Assembly (NCBI GenBank): GCA_934474225.1
Contig: CAKSLU010000007.1
Location: 5,755 to 69,754 of the forward strand
Reading direction: 5' to 3'
DNA: 64,000 nt
Source: an uncultured Eubacteriales bacterium
GTDB lineage: Bacteria > Bacillota > Clostridia > Oscillospirales > CAG-272
Shown: positions 40,062 to 50,889 of the stretch, piece after piece
How positions within the stretch are numbered: position 1 is the stretch's first letter
Layout of the letters: each line of letters opens with the position of its first letter
Translations under genes and position numbers: made by a program
Notes under the pieces: generated by a model
Seen by the model: the letters and a program-made list of their open reading frames with translations, nothing else
Told to the model about the DNA's origin: nothing
Databases searched by the model: none

Positions 40062-40763
40062 ATGGGACTCGAAAAAAGACGCATCCTCATCGTGGAGGAC
40101 GAAAAAAACATCGCGATGCTGCTCTCCTTCAACCTCGGGCGCGCCGGCTTTGACACCGATGTTGCCGAGGACGGCGAAGTCGGACTGCGCAAGGCGCTCT
40201 CCGACAAATTTGACATCGTGCTGCTCGACATCATGCTGCCGAAACTGGACGGCTTCAAGGTGCTGGAAGGCATCCGCACACGCAGCGATGTGCCGGTGAT
40301 TATGGTGACGGCGCGCGACGACGAAAAGGACAAGATTCTCGGGCTTGAGAACGGCGCGGACGACTACATCACCAAGCCCTTCTCGATGAACGAGGTCATT
40401 GCGCGCATCCGCGCCAACATCCGCCGCCACAAGGACGAGGTGGTCGGCGGCGCGGCGGACGACGGTGTGCTGTCGGTGCGCGGGCTGTCGATCGACAAGA
40501 GCCGCTATGCGGCGCGGCGCGGCGATGTGGAGCTGGAACTGTCGAAAAAGGAATACGAGCTCCTGCTCTTTTTGATGCAGAACCCCGGCGTGCCCTTCTC
40601 GCGCGAAGATTTACTTGAAAAGGTGTGGGGCTACGGCGACTTCCTCGGCGATGTCAACACGGTGGATGTGACGGTCTCCCGCCTGCGCAAGAAGCTGGAG
40701 CGCGACCCGTCAAACCCCGAATACCTCATCACCAAGCGCGGCGTCGGCTACTACATCCAGTAA
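40062..40763 (+). CDS. OmpR/PhoB-family response regulator (WalR/VicR-like)
   Basis: Receiver domain (ILIVEDE, LLDIMLP, KPF) plus a winged-helix output domain; 233 aa. Confidence 0.9.
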   Translation: MGLEKRRILIVEDEKNIAMLLSFNLGRAGFDTDVAEDGEVGLRKALSDKFDIVLLDIMLPKLDGFKVLEGIRTRSDVPVIMVTARDDEKDKILGLENGADDYITKPFSMNEVIARIRANIRRHKDEVVGGAADDGVLSVRGLSIDKSRYAARRGDVELELSKKEYELLLFLMQNPGVPFSREDLLEKVWGYGDFLGDVNTVDVTVSRLRKKLERDPSNPEYLITKRGVGYYIQ

Positions 40764-40775
40764 GGCGGGGCGGCT

Positions 40776-42554
40776 ATGTACAGAGGTCTGTATTTCAAGA
40801 TCATCCTGATCCTCGTCATCTTCATTCTGATCGTCATGAGCGTGGTGGGCGCGGTGCTCATCAGCAGCGTGCTGGGCTATTACAACGACCAGTTTTCGTC
40901 CTGCATGGCGCAAAACCTTGAGGGCGACGCACAGCTGCGGCAATATCTTGAGGCCGCGATGGCCGACGGGGACGCGGACTTTGCCGCGAAGCAGAAGTCC
41001 ATCCTCGCCTCCTACGCCTCGCGCCTCGGCATCGACGACTACCGCAACTATTACATCCTCGATGCGGACGGCGGCTTTCTCGACGGCAGCGACACGGCGG
41101 GCGGCGAAGCCCTCGCCGAGACGCCCAACCTCGTCGCCGCGATAAACGGCCGCCTCGGCAGCGAGAACACCGCCGGCAGCGACTACGCGGACTATGCGCT
41201 CCCGCTCACGGTCGGCGACACCTCCTGCATCATCTATCTGCGTGACACGCAGGACGAGCTGCACGAGATCAACTGGATGCTGTTCTCCATCATTTTGCAG
41301 GCGCTGTTTGTCGGCCTGCTCATCGCGATTCTGCTCTCCTTCTTCCTCGCCCGCGCAATCTCCATGCCGCTGTCCCGCCTGACCGAGGGCGTGCAGCGCG
41401 TGGCAAAGGGCGACTTCAAGGACAAGATCAGCGTGCATTCCAATGATGAAATCGGCGTGCTGACCGAAAACTTCAACACGATGAGCCGCATGCTGGAAGA
41501 AAACCTCGACGAAATCAACGGCGAGCGCGAAAAGCTGGAGACCGTGCTGTCCTGCCTCAAGGACGCGGTCATCACCTTCGGGCAAGACGGCAAACCGCTG
41601 CAAATCAACCGCGCGGCGACGGATCTGTTTGCCGACGCAAAGCGCGAAGAGCTGACGCTGGACTACATCTTCAGCCTCTTGCACTATGAGAGCGGCGGCA
41701 TCGATATTTCGCTGGACGACGGCGGCGATGTGCCCGCCGTGCGCTACAAGGGCAAGGTCTACGAGCTGTATTTCGGCAACATCCGCTATCGCGACGCGAC
41801 CAGCATGCGCGAGGGCGTGATTCTCGTCATCCACGATGTCACGCAGAGCTATGAGCTGGACCGCAGCCGCCGCGAATTTGTCGCCAACGCCTCGCACGAA
41901 CTGCGCACGCCGCTGACCACCATCAAGATGGTCATCGAGGCGCTGTCCGCCGACGAGGGCGTGACGAAAAACGAGATGAACAAGAGCTTCCTCGACATGG
42001 CGGAGACCGAGAGCACGCGCATGGAGCTGCTCATCAAAAACCTGCTCACGCTCTCCCAGCTCGACAGCAAGACCATGAACTTCAATGTGCGCGAATTTGA
42101 CCTCGAAGAGTCGCTTGCCTACCTTGCAAAGTCGCTGGCGGTCAACGCCTCGGCGCATGGGCACAAGCTGACCTTTGACGGCGCGTATGACCCCGTGGTG
42201 ATTCGCGGCGACAAGATTCGCATCGAGCAGATTCTCATCAACATCACCTCCAACGCCATCAAGTACACGCCGGACGGCGGCAGAATCAGTCTGCGCCTGC
42301 GTGACATTGGCGACGCCGCCGAAGTCAGCATCACGGACAACGGCGTGGGCATCCCCGAGGAGGACATTCCGCACCTGTTTGAGCGGTTCTACCGCGTAGA
42401 AAAGGCGCGGTCGAGCGACAAGGGCGGCACCGGCCTCGGGCTTGCGATTGCGAAGGAATTTGCCGCCGCGCACGGCGGCGACATCCGCGTTTCCAGCATC
42501 GTCAGCAAGGGGACAACCTTTACCGTGACCTTGCCGAAGCAGGGGAAGCTGTAA
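40776..42554 (+). CDS. Sensor histidine kinase (WalK/VicK-like architecture)
   Basis: Two TM helices flank an extracytoplasmic domain, followed by HAMP and PAS domains. H-box FVANASHELRTPLT, N box NAIKYT, G boxes DNGVGIP and GGTGLGLAI. Confidence 0.9.
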   Translation: MYRGLYFKIILILVIFILIVMSVVGAVLISSVLGYYNDQFSSCMAQNLEGDAQLRQYLEAAMADGDADFAAKQKSILASYASRLGIDDYRNYYILDADGGFLDGSDTAGGEALAETPNLVAAINGRLGSENTAGSDYADYALPLTVGDTSCIIYLRDTQDELHEINWMLFSIILQALFVGLLIAILLSFFLARAISMPLSRLTEGVQRVAKGDFKDKISVHSNDEIGVLTENFNTMSRMLEENLDEINGEREKLETVLSCLKDAVITFGQDGKPLQINRAATDLFADAKREELTLDYIFSLLHYESGGIDISLDDGGDVPAVRYKGKVYELYFGNIRYRDATSMREGVILVIHDVTQSYELDRSRREFVANASHELRTPLTTIKMVIEALSADEGVTKNEMNKSFLDMAETESTRMELLIKNLLTLSQLDSKTMNFNVREFDLEESLAYLAKSLAVNASAHGHKLTFDGAYDPVVIRGDKIRIEQILINITSNAIKYTPDGGRISLRLRDIGDAAEVSITDNGVGIPEEDIPHLFERFYRVEKARSSDKGGTGLGLAIAKEFAAAHGGDIRVSSIVSKGTTFTVTLPKQGKL

Positions 42555-42571
42555 AAAATCAATGTATACCG

Positions 42572-42740
42572 GTAGGGGTCGGCGCCTCGACGACCCGCAC
42601 CAACCAAAGCAAAAACGGACCGTCGAGGACGCCGGTCCCTACAAAAGTTACATCGGTACGGTTGCGGGCGACGGGTGGTCGCCCCTACGGTAATGTGGGG
42701 ACTGTGTACACACCGTAGGGCGGGGGCTTGCTCCCGCCGC
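42572..42740. repeat. REP/BIME-like cluster (inverted relative to all other clusters)
   Basis: GTAGGGGTCGGCGCCTCGACGACCCG (42572-42597), CGGACCGTCGAGGACGCCGGTCCCTAC (42616-42642), CGGGCGACGGGTGGTCGCCCCTAC (42665-42688), a 26-nt linker, then GTAGGGCGGGGGCTTGCTCCCGCCGC (42715-42740). Confidence 0.88.
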
Positions 42741-42749
42741 TCTATCTGA

Positions 42750-42947
42750 GCCTCCCCCCCGGCAAAGGGAGGTGTCATGCGAAGCATGACGGAGGGATTG
42801 TTGCATGGCAAAGAAACAACCCCTCAGTCACCTATCGCCAGGATGTTTTTCGGTTTCGCTCGCGAAATCGTCGGTGTTCAGCCGACGAAGAAAAACTCCG
42901 CGAGACGCATCGCGTCTCGTACAGCTCACCCCTTGCACAGGGGAGCC
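42750..42947 (-). repeat. R1 long form in reverse orientation (module X at 42841-42899)
   Basis: The plus strand reads the reverse complement: GCCTCCC..GGGAGGT / ..GGAGGGATTGT..ACAACCCCTCAG / GTCACCTATCGCC / module X rc / CGAGACGCATCGCGTCTCG / GCTCACCCCTTGCACAGGGGAGCC. Confidence 0.88.
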
Positions 42948-42981
42948 GAAATCCCCCACAACATCTGAAAGGAGAACGGCC

Positions 42982-44367
42982 ATGGAAAAATTCAAGACCA
43001 TCCTGCTTGCATGCCTGACCGTTCTCATGCTGACGGCGGCGGGCATCTACATCGGCGGCTCCCAGTTCACGCACACCGGCGCGGCGGCAAGCCGCACGGC
43101 GCTGCCGGACGGCGCGGTGCGTGCCGGGGCGGACGCCCCCGATATGCGCACGCTTGCCGATGCGGGGCTGCTCGCCCCCACCGCCGTGGTTGTTTCCGCT
43201 GCGGGGACGACGGCGGGCGCCTTTGCAGGCGACATCCCGGATACGGTGACGGCGCTTGCCTACCCGCTGATTCACCAGGCGCTTGCCGCCGACGCGACGC
43301 TGACGGCAACCGATTTTGCCGCCGTGACCGCTGCCGCAGCGGGCGACTGCATCTATCTGCAATTTGCGGGCGCACTGCCCTACCAGCTGCTCTATGCGCT
43401 GACCGGCGACATCGAAAAGGCGGCGGCAGCCGACCGCGCGCTAAGCGCCGACACCCTGCTCCTCGCCTTTGACGAGGACGGCACGGGCAGGCTCTATCTC
43501 ACGGACGGCACGAACTGCGCCGCATCGGACAAGCCCGTATCGGTGCGCGCAGGCGCACTCGCGGCGCTGACCGGCAGCGACGCGCTGACCGCGGCATATT
43601 TTGCGGACAACCTTGTCCCCGTCGGGGAAACCGCCGTGACCGCCGCGCCCATCGCCGTCGCGGACGGCACTTCTCACCCCCTGTCTGCCGACGCGGGGCG
43701 TGCGCTGCTCTCGCTCTTCGCCTTCAATCCCGACCGCCACCGGCTGTCTGCGCAGGCCATCGTAGAGCCGCACGGCAGCCTCTCCGTCACCACTGCACGC
43801 ATCGGCTTTGCGGCTTCGCGGGACGGCGGCATCCCGATTGCATCCTTTCTCGAGGGCAAAAAGGACGCGCGCGACATCGGCATCTACGATATTCTCACGG
43901 CAGCAGCGGCGTTTGCCGACCGGCTGCGCGAAATTGACGGCGCGAGTTTCGGCGGCGCAGCAGCGCCGTTTTTGCAGCATTTTTACAAGGACGGCGACGG
44001 CTACACCGTCGCATTCGGTCTGCTCTATGACGGCATTCCGCTCGGCGGCGACGCCGTGCCGGCCTTTCTTTCGCTGACGGCGTCCGGCGGCATGTTCACC
44101 GCCGCAGAGGTCCGTCGCCTCAGCGTCTCGCGCGCCGGGGCGGGGCTGACGCTCTTCCCCGCCGCCTGGCAGTATGCGACCGCGGCGCAAAACGCGGGCG
44201 AAGGCGGGCTGCACAGCCTGCGGCTGCTCTACGCCCCGGACGCGCTCCCGACCGCCGCATGCGATGCGGCATGGTACTGCGACCGCGCTCCCTACACGGC
44301 GGCAAAGGCAGCCGTGCAGATGACCTATGCTATACCGGCAGAGACGGAAAGCGGGGCGGAAAAGTGA
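42982..44367 (+). CDS. Membrane-anchored hypothetical protein (positional analogue of YycH)
   Basis: ATG 42982 follows AAAGGAGAA. One N-terminal TM helix, Ala-rich, 461 aa. It lies downstream of the WalK-like kinase. Confidence 0.6.
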   Translation: MEKFKTILLACLTVLMLTAAGIYIGGSQFTHTGAAASRTALPDGAVRAGADAPDMRTLADAGLLAPTAVVVSAAGTTAGAFAGDIPDTVTALAYPLIHQALAADATLTATDFAAVTAAAAGDCIYLQFAGALPYQLLYALTGDIEKAAAADRALSADTLLLAFDEDGTGRLYLTDGTNCAASDKPVSVRAGALAALTGSDALTAAYFADNLVPVGETAVTAAPIAVADGTSHPLSADAGRALLSLFAFNPDRHRLSAQAIVEPHGSLSVTTARIGFAASRDGGIPIASFLEGKKDARDIGIYDILTAAAAFADRLREIDGASFGGAAAPFLQHFYKDGDGYTVAFGLLYDGIPLGGDAVPAFLSLTASGGMFTAAEVRRLSVSRAGAGLTLFPAAWQYATAAQNAGEGGLHSLRLLYAPDALPTAACDAAWYCDRAPYTAAKAAVQMTYAIPAETESGAEK

Positions 44368-45221
44368 ACTGGAAGTACATCAAGAGTTTTCTCATCCTGC
44401 TTGTCGTCCTTGTAGATATCCTGCTCGTCAAATTCTGCTACGACTACTACATGGCGCGCGAGTTTACCGCGCGCGAGACGGCGGAGGACGCCGTCGCCGT
44501 GCTGCAAGCCGGCGGCATCGAAGTCTCCGCCGACCTGCTTGCCGTGCGGGCGGACAGCGCGCCCGCGCGCCGCTGCGCCTACACGCGCGAGGACTATGCG
44601 CGCCTCGTGTTCGGGATTCTCTGCGGCAAGGACGCGGACGGTTTCTTTCTCCTGCCGGACGGCATCCGCGCCGTGACGGCGGACGGCGATGTCGCCCGCC
44701 TCGGCTACGACTTCTCGCTCGAATTTGTCGCCGCCGGGCGTGACGCCGCCGTTGTCGAGGCGGCGTATGCCAAAGGCTATGCCGCAACATCGGACACCGG
44801 GGCGGTGCGCCACGCGCTGGAGGGGCTTCTCGGGCTGCCCGAGGGCGCGGCAAAGAACTTCCCGGCGACCACCGCCGACGGCTATGTTTTCTTCACGCGC
44901 ACCGCGGCGGCGGACGGTATTCCGCTCGCGCTCGACGACTGCGTGTTCGCCTTTCTCGGCACCGAACTGGTCTACGCGCGCGGCAGTTACCTCTTCCTCG
45001 CCACCGAGGCGGAGGACGCCGAACCTCTTTTGACCCGCATCAATATACTGCTTAGTGAGCGGCGGCGCGGCGCAGTGGGCACTGTGCGCGAAATTTCGCT
45101 CTGCTATGCGCCCTATGAGGACGCCGTGGAGGGAACGCTCTGGCTGTTCCCCGCCTACCGCGTGACCTATGCGGACGGCAGCGTCTCGGTCGTGCAGGCG
45201 CAAAGCGGCGAAAAATATTGA
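44364..45221 (+). CDS. Membrane-anchored hypothetical protein (positional analogue of YycI)
   Basis: GTG 44364 overlaps the preceding stop (GTGA). N-terminal TM helix SFLILLVVLVDILLV; about 285 aa. Confidence 0.55.
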   Translation: MNWKYIKSFLILLVVLVDILLVKFCYDYYMAREFTARETAEDAVAVLQAGGIEVSADLLAVRADSAPARRCAYTREDYARLVFGILCGKDADGFFLLPDGIRAVTADGDVARLGYDFSLEFVAAGRDAAVVEAAYAKGYAATSDTGAVRHALEGLLGLPEGAAKNFPATTADGYVFFTRTAAADGIPLALDDCVFAFLGTELVYARGSYLFLATEAEDAEPLLTRINILLSERRRGAVGTVREISLCYAPYEDAVEGTLWLFPAYRVTYADGSVSVVQAQSGEKY

Positions 45222-45304
45222 CGATGCCCCTGCATTATGGTATACTGAATTGTTGGGCGGAAGCCCTTGTTTGCCCCACCGAATTTTCGAGAGGAATCTG
45301 AGCT

Positions 45305-46558
45305 ATGGACAAAATCATCATCAACGGCGGAACCCCGCTTGTCGGCACAGTCGAGATCAGCGGCGCGAAAAATGCGGCGCTGCCGGTGCTCGTCGGCACG
45401 GTGCTCGTCGGCGACCGCTGCGTCATTGAAAATGTACCCGAGATTCTCGATGTGGACCTGACGCTGGAGATCCTCGAAAAGATGGGCGCCAAGGTCAAGC
45501 GTGACCACACCACGGTGGAAATTGACACGCGCTATGTACAGCCGGGGCGTTCGCCCTACGAGCTGGTCAGCCGCATGCGCGGCTCGACCTACCTCATCGG
45601 CGCGGAACTCGGCAGATTCAATTACGCGCGCGTCGGCTCGCCCGGCGGCTGCGACTTCGGCGTGCGCCCCATCGATCAGCACATCAAGAGTTTTGAGGCG
45701 CTCGGCGCCACGGTTTCGGTGCGGGGCGGCTATGTCGAGGCAAAGGCAGACGCGCTGGTCGCCGCCGAGGTCTATTTTGACATGGTTTCGGTCGGTGCAA
45801 CGGTCAACGCCATCTTAGCATCGGTCTTTGCCGAAGGCACCACCGTGCTTGAAAACGCGGCGCGCGAGCCGCACATCGTCGACCTTGCCAACTTCCTCAA
45901 CACCTGCGGCGCGCGCATTGTCGGCGCGGGCACGGACACCATCAAAATCAAGGGCGTGGAAAAGCTGCACGGCTCGACCTACGCCATCATTCCCGACATG
46001 ATTGAGGCAGGCACTTTCATGTGCGCCGCGGCGGCAACCGGCGGCAATGTCAAAATCAACAATGTCATTCCGAAGCATTTGGATTCCATTTCGGCAAAGC
46101 TCACCGAGATGGGCGTTTTCGTCGAAGAACTGGACGATGCCGTGATCGTGCGCCGCGACGGCGTGATGAAGGGCATCAATGTCAAGACGCAGCCTTACCC
46201 CGGCTTCCCCACGGATATGCAGCCGCAGATGACCGCGCTGCTCTGCTTTGCAGACGGCACAGGCCGCGTGACCGAGGGCGTGTGGGACAACCGCTTCCGC
46301 TATGTGGAGGAGCTGCGCAAGACCGGCGCCGTCATCGACATCGCAGGCAAAACGGCAACCGTCCGCGGCAGCACCGCGCTTGTCGGCGCGCCGATGCGCT
46401 CGGTCGATTTGCGTGCGGGCGCGGCGATGGTCATCATGGGGCTTGCCGCCAGCGGCAGAACCGAGATCACCGACATCCACACCATCGAGCGCGGCTATGA
46501 CAACATCGTCCGCAAGCTCCGCGACCTCGGCGCGGATATCCGCAAAGTATCATACTGA
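45305..46558 (+). CDS. murA: UDP-N-acetylglucosamine 1-carboxyvinyltransferase
   Basis: 417 aa with N-terminus MDKIIINGG..L.G.V.ISGAKNAALP and catalytic loop SPGGCDFGVRPIDQH. Confidence 0.95.
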   Translation: MDKIIINGGTPLVGTVEISGAKNAALPVLVGTVLVGDRCVIENVPEILDVDLTLEILEKMGAKVKRDHTTVEIDTRYVQPGRSPYELVSRMRGSTYLIGAELGRFNYARVGSPGGCDFGVRPIDQHIKSFEALGATVSVRGGYVEAKADALVAAEVYFDMVSVGATVNAILASVFAEGTTVLENAAREPHIVDLANFLNTCGARIVGAGTDTIKIKGVEKLHGSTYAIIPDMIEAGTFMCAAAATGGNVKINNVIPKHLDSISAKLTEMGVFVEELDDAVIVRRDGVMKGINVKTQPYPGFPTDMQPQMTALLCFADGTGRVTEGVWDNRFRYVEELRKTGAVIDIAGKTATVRGSTALVGAPMRSVDLRAGAAMVIMGLAASGRTEITDIHTIERGYDNIVRKLRDLGADIRKVSY

Positions 46559-46573
46559 ATCAGTCGAAAAGAA

Positions 46574-46602
46574 AAAACCGCCGTTCGGCGGTTTTCTTTT
46601 TT
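46574..46602 (+). terminator. Rho-independent terminator of murA
   Basis: Hairpin AAAACCGCC-GTTC-GGCGGTTTT followed by CTTTTTT. Confidence 0.8.
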
Positions 46603-46615
46603 GTATCGGTCATTT

Positions 46616-46787
46616 GCGGCGGGAGACAGACGGCGCCCTACGGTATGTACACGGTTACGGCTATTCCGTAGGGGCGACCATTGGTCGCCCGCTTAACGGG
46701 GTGCGAAAACGGGCGACCAATGGTCGCCCCTACAGGTGTGTGCGCCTTTTGTGCCATCCGGTAGGGGTCGGCGCCCTCGACGACCCG
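46616..46787. repeat. REP/BIME-like cluster with REPIN-like hairpin
   Basis: GCGGCGGGAGACAGACGGCGCCCTAC (46616-46641), a 26-nt linker, GTAGGGGCGACCATTGGTCGCCCG..CGGGCGACCAATGGTCGCCCCTAC (46668-46733), then GTAGGGGTCGGCGCCCTCGACGACCCG (46761-46787). Confidence 0.88.
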
Positions 46788-46836
46788 CCCCAACCAAAGC
46801 AAAACACGGTGTGTGCGTGCCATTCGACTGCCCTGC

Positions 46837-47034
46837 CTAATCCCGCTTATCGGTGCGTTCCAGCAGATAGTCCACGGTCACACCGAAATAATCCGCGATG
46901 CGGCAAAGCTCGGCATAACCAGCCTCATGCGCGCCGGTCTCGTACCGCGAAATCGTATTCTGGCTCATATTCAAATCCAGTCCCAGTTTCAACTGGGTGA
47001 TGCCCCGCTCCCGACGAAGTTCCCGTAAACGCAT
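46837..47034 (-). CDS. XRE-family HTH transcriptional regulator
   Basis: 65 aa: MRLRELRRERGITQLKLGLDLNMSQNTISRYETG...VTVDYLLERTD. ATG 47034 was chosen. Confidence 0.85.
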   Translation of the reverse strand: MRLRELRRERGITQLKLGLDLNMSQNTISRYETGAHEAGYAELCRIADYFGVTVDYLLERTDKRD

Positions 47035-47093
47035 AATCCTTCCTCTCCGCCGCCGCAAGCCACAGCAATTCAAAAATAGTTCTTGACTTTAGT

Positions 47094-47371
47094 GTACCAT
47101 AAGCGATACGAACGCGCAAGCCTGCGGGCGGATATTTTGCGCGCTTTTCGCATTGTCCGCCTCGGAATATCGGTATATTCCGTCGTTGTCCGCAGCAAAA
47201 ATCATCACAAAATCTCTCGCCCGCAGGTGCTACACAGTTTTGACCGAGCGGATTTTTGCCCGGGCGAGAAAAAAGACGCAGGGAATACGCCGGTATTCCG
47301 GGGGTCTTTTGACGATGCACGGACGGAAAGACGCCGGTCAAAACCTTGTGTGTTCGCATCGCTTATGGTAC
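47094..47371. repeat. 27-bp inverted repeat pair flanking an AT-richer non-coding segment
   Basis: GTACCATAAGCGATACGAACGCGCAAG (47094-47120) against the reverse complement of 47345-47371: 24 of 27 positions match. Two GGAATA..TATTCC hairpins lie in the interior (47163-47182 and about 47282-47299). Confidence 0.7.
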
Positions 47372-47483
47372 TCAATTTGGTATACTAAACATATCCCGAA
47401 ATGGTATATATCGCTCGGGGTGCGGATGCCGAACGCTTTTCGATGTTTTGCTTACGGTGATTCCGCACAATTTCCATGCAAAA

Positions 47484-47510
47484 AGGAAGTGCCGCGGCAC
47501 TTCCTTTTTG
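47484..47510. terminator. Bidirectional Rho-independent terminator
   Basis: Hairpin AGGAAGTGCC-GC-GGCACTTCCT flanked by A5 and T5. Confidence 0.7.
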
Positions 47511-47529
47511 CCTTTCCGACGCTGCCCCC

Positions 47530-47558
47530 TTTACAGGATGCCCGAAATGTGATATAAT
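47530..47558 (+). promoter_or_regulatory. SigA promoter (extended -10) of the MBL-fold hydrolase gene
   Basis: TTTACA, 17 nt, then TG-A-TATAAT. Confidence 0.65.
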
Positions 47559-47627
47559 ACTATATTCAGTGAAAATCAACTTTTTTCTATGGAACTTCTG
47601 CGGCAGCTTTTGGACGGGGAGGATAAA

Positions 47628-48504
47628 ATGACCGATTATTACCGCTTCGGCGACGCACAAATCTACCGACTCGTCGAGACGCACGACGCCGGCGACATCA
47701 TCCGGCGCATTGTCCCCGCTATGACGGCGGCGGCGATCCGCCCCTATGCGGCGCGCTTCCCCGCCTGCGCCGACAGCGACGGGCATGTGCTCGCCCCGGT
47801 GCAGAGTTTTCTGCTGCTTGCCGATGGGCGGCGCATCCTCATTGACACCGGCATCGGCAACGGCAAGCCGCTCTGCGGCGACTGGGGCGGTCTTGACACC
47901 GACTGGCTCGACCGTCTGACGGCAGTGGCGCCGCCCGAGACGATTGACACCGTGATCTGCACGCATCTGCACGCCGACCATGTCGGCTGGAACACGCGGC
48001 TGCAAAACGGCGCATGGACGCCGACCTTCCCGCATGCGGCATACGATTTGCCCGCCGGAGACCTTGCCGACCTGCGTGCCCGCCTGCCGGAACTTTCCCC
48101 GGACGATGTCTGCGTGCTGCGCGATTCGATCGCGCCCGTGCTGACAGCCGGAGCGGCAGTCCCCGTGCCGGACGGCGAACGGGCAATTACCGACACGGTG
48201 TCCCTCGTCCCGACGCCGGGACACACGCCGCACCACCTCGCCGTGCGCGTCACGGCGGGCGGGCGCGCCCTGCTGTTCTGCGGCGATCTTTTCTACCATG
48301 TCTGTCAGGCGGAACACCCCGCGTGGGGTGCGGAAGAAAACCCGCTGCTGCTGGCCACGCGCCTGCGCGTGCTGGACGAGGCGGCGGCGCACGGCAGCCT
48401 GCTTTTCTTCGGTCACATGCCCTATCCGCTGCGCATCACGGCGGATGCGGACGGATACACGGCACATCCCGTGTGCAAAACGAACCTCTTGAAAGGAGAC
48501 AACG

Positions 48505-48515
<11 letters not shown>
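47628..48515 (+). CDS. MBL-fold metallo-hydrolase
   Basis: HxHxDH motif ([11 protein letters not shown]). ATG 47628 follows GGGGAGG. ATG 47589 in the ORF track lacks an RBS. Confidence 0.85.
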
Positions 48516-50471
<1,956 letters not shown>

Positions 50472-50472
<1 letters not shown>

Positions 50473-50694
50473 TTTTCGGCTCCCCTGTGCAAATTTTCGG
50501 CTCCCCTGTGCAAGGGGTGAGCTGTACGAGACGCGATGCGTCTCGCGGAGTTTTTCTTCGTCGGCTGAACACCGACGATTTCGCGAGCGAAACCGAAAAA
50601 CATCCTGGCGATAGCCGTCTGAGGGGTTGTTCCGTGGCTCTGTAACAATCCCTCCGTCGCCGTTCGGCGACACCTCCCTTTGCACAAGGGAGGC
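50472..50694 (+). repeat. R1 long form (50499-50694, module X 50547-50605) preceded by a perfect 21-nt tandem duplication of its 5' end
   Basis: ATTTTCGGCTCCCCTGTGCAA occurs at 50472-50492 and again at 50493-50513. The first copy starts within the uvrB stop codon. Confidence 0.9.
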
Positions 50695-50703
50695 TCAGAT
50701 AGA

Positions 50704-50819
50704 GCGGCGGGAGCAGACGGCGCCCTACGGTGTGTGCACAGTTCCCCTCATTTCGTAGGGGCGACCATTGGTCGCCCGCCTATACAAAGCGGAAACGGGC
50801 GACCAATGGTCGCCCCTAC
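50704..50819. repeat. REP-like doublet plus REPIN-like hairpin
   Basis: GCGGCGGGAGCAGACGGCGCCCTAC (50704-50728), a 26-nt linker, then GTAGGGGCGACCATTGGTCGCCCG..CGGGCGACCAATGGTCGCCCCTAC (50755-50819). Confidence 0.88.
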
Positions 50820-50889
50820 AGTTTTGCAATTCATTCATTTTCGCATCCCATTTCACTCCCCCTACTTTTTCACATGAAAGGGTATTACC

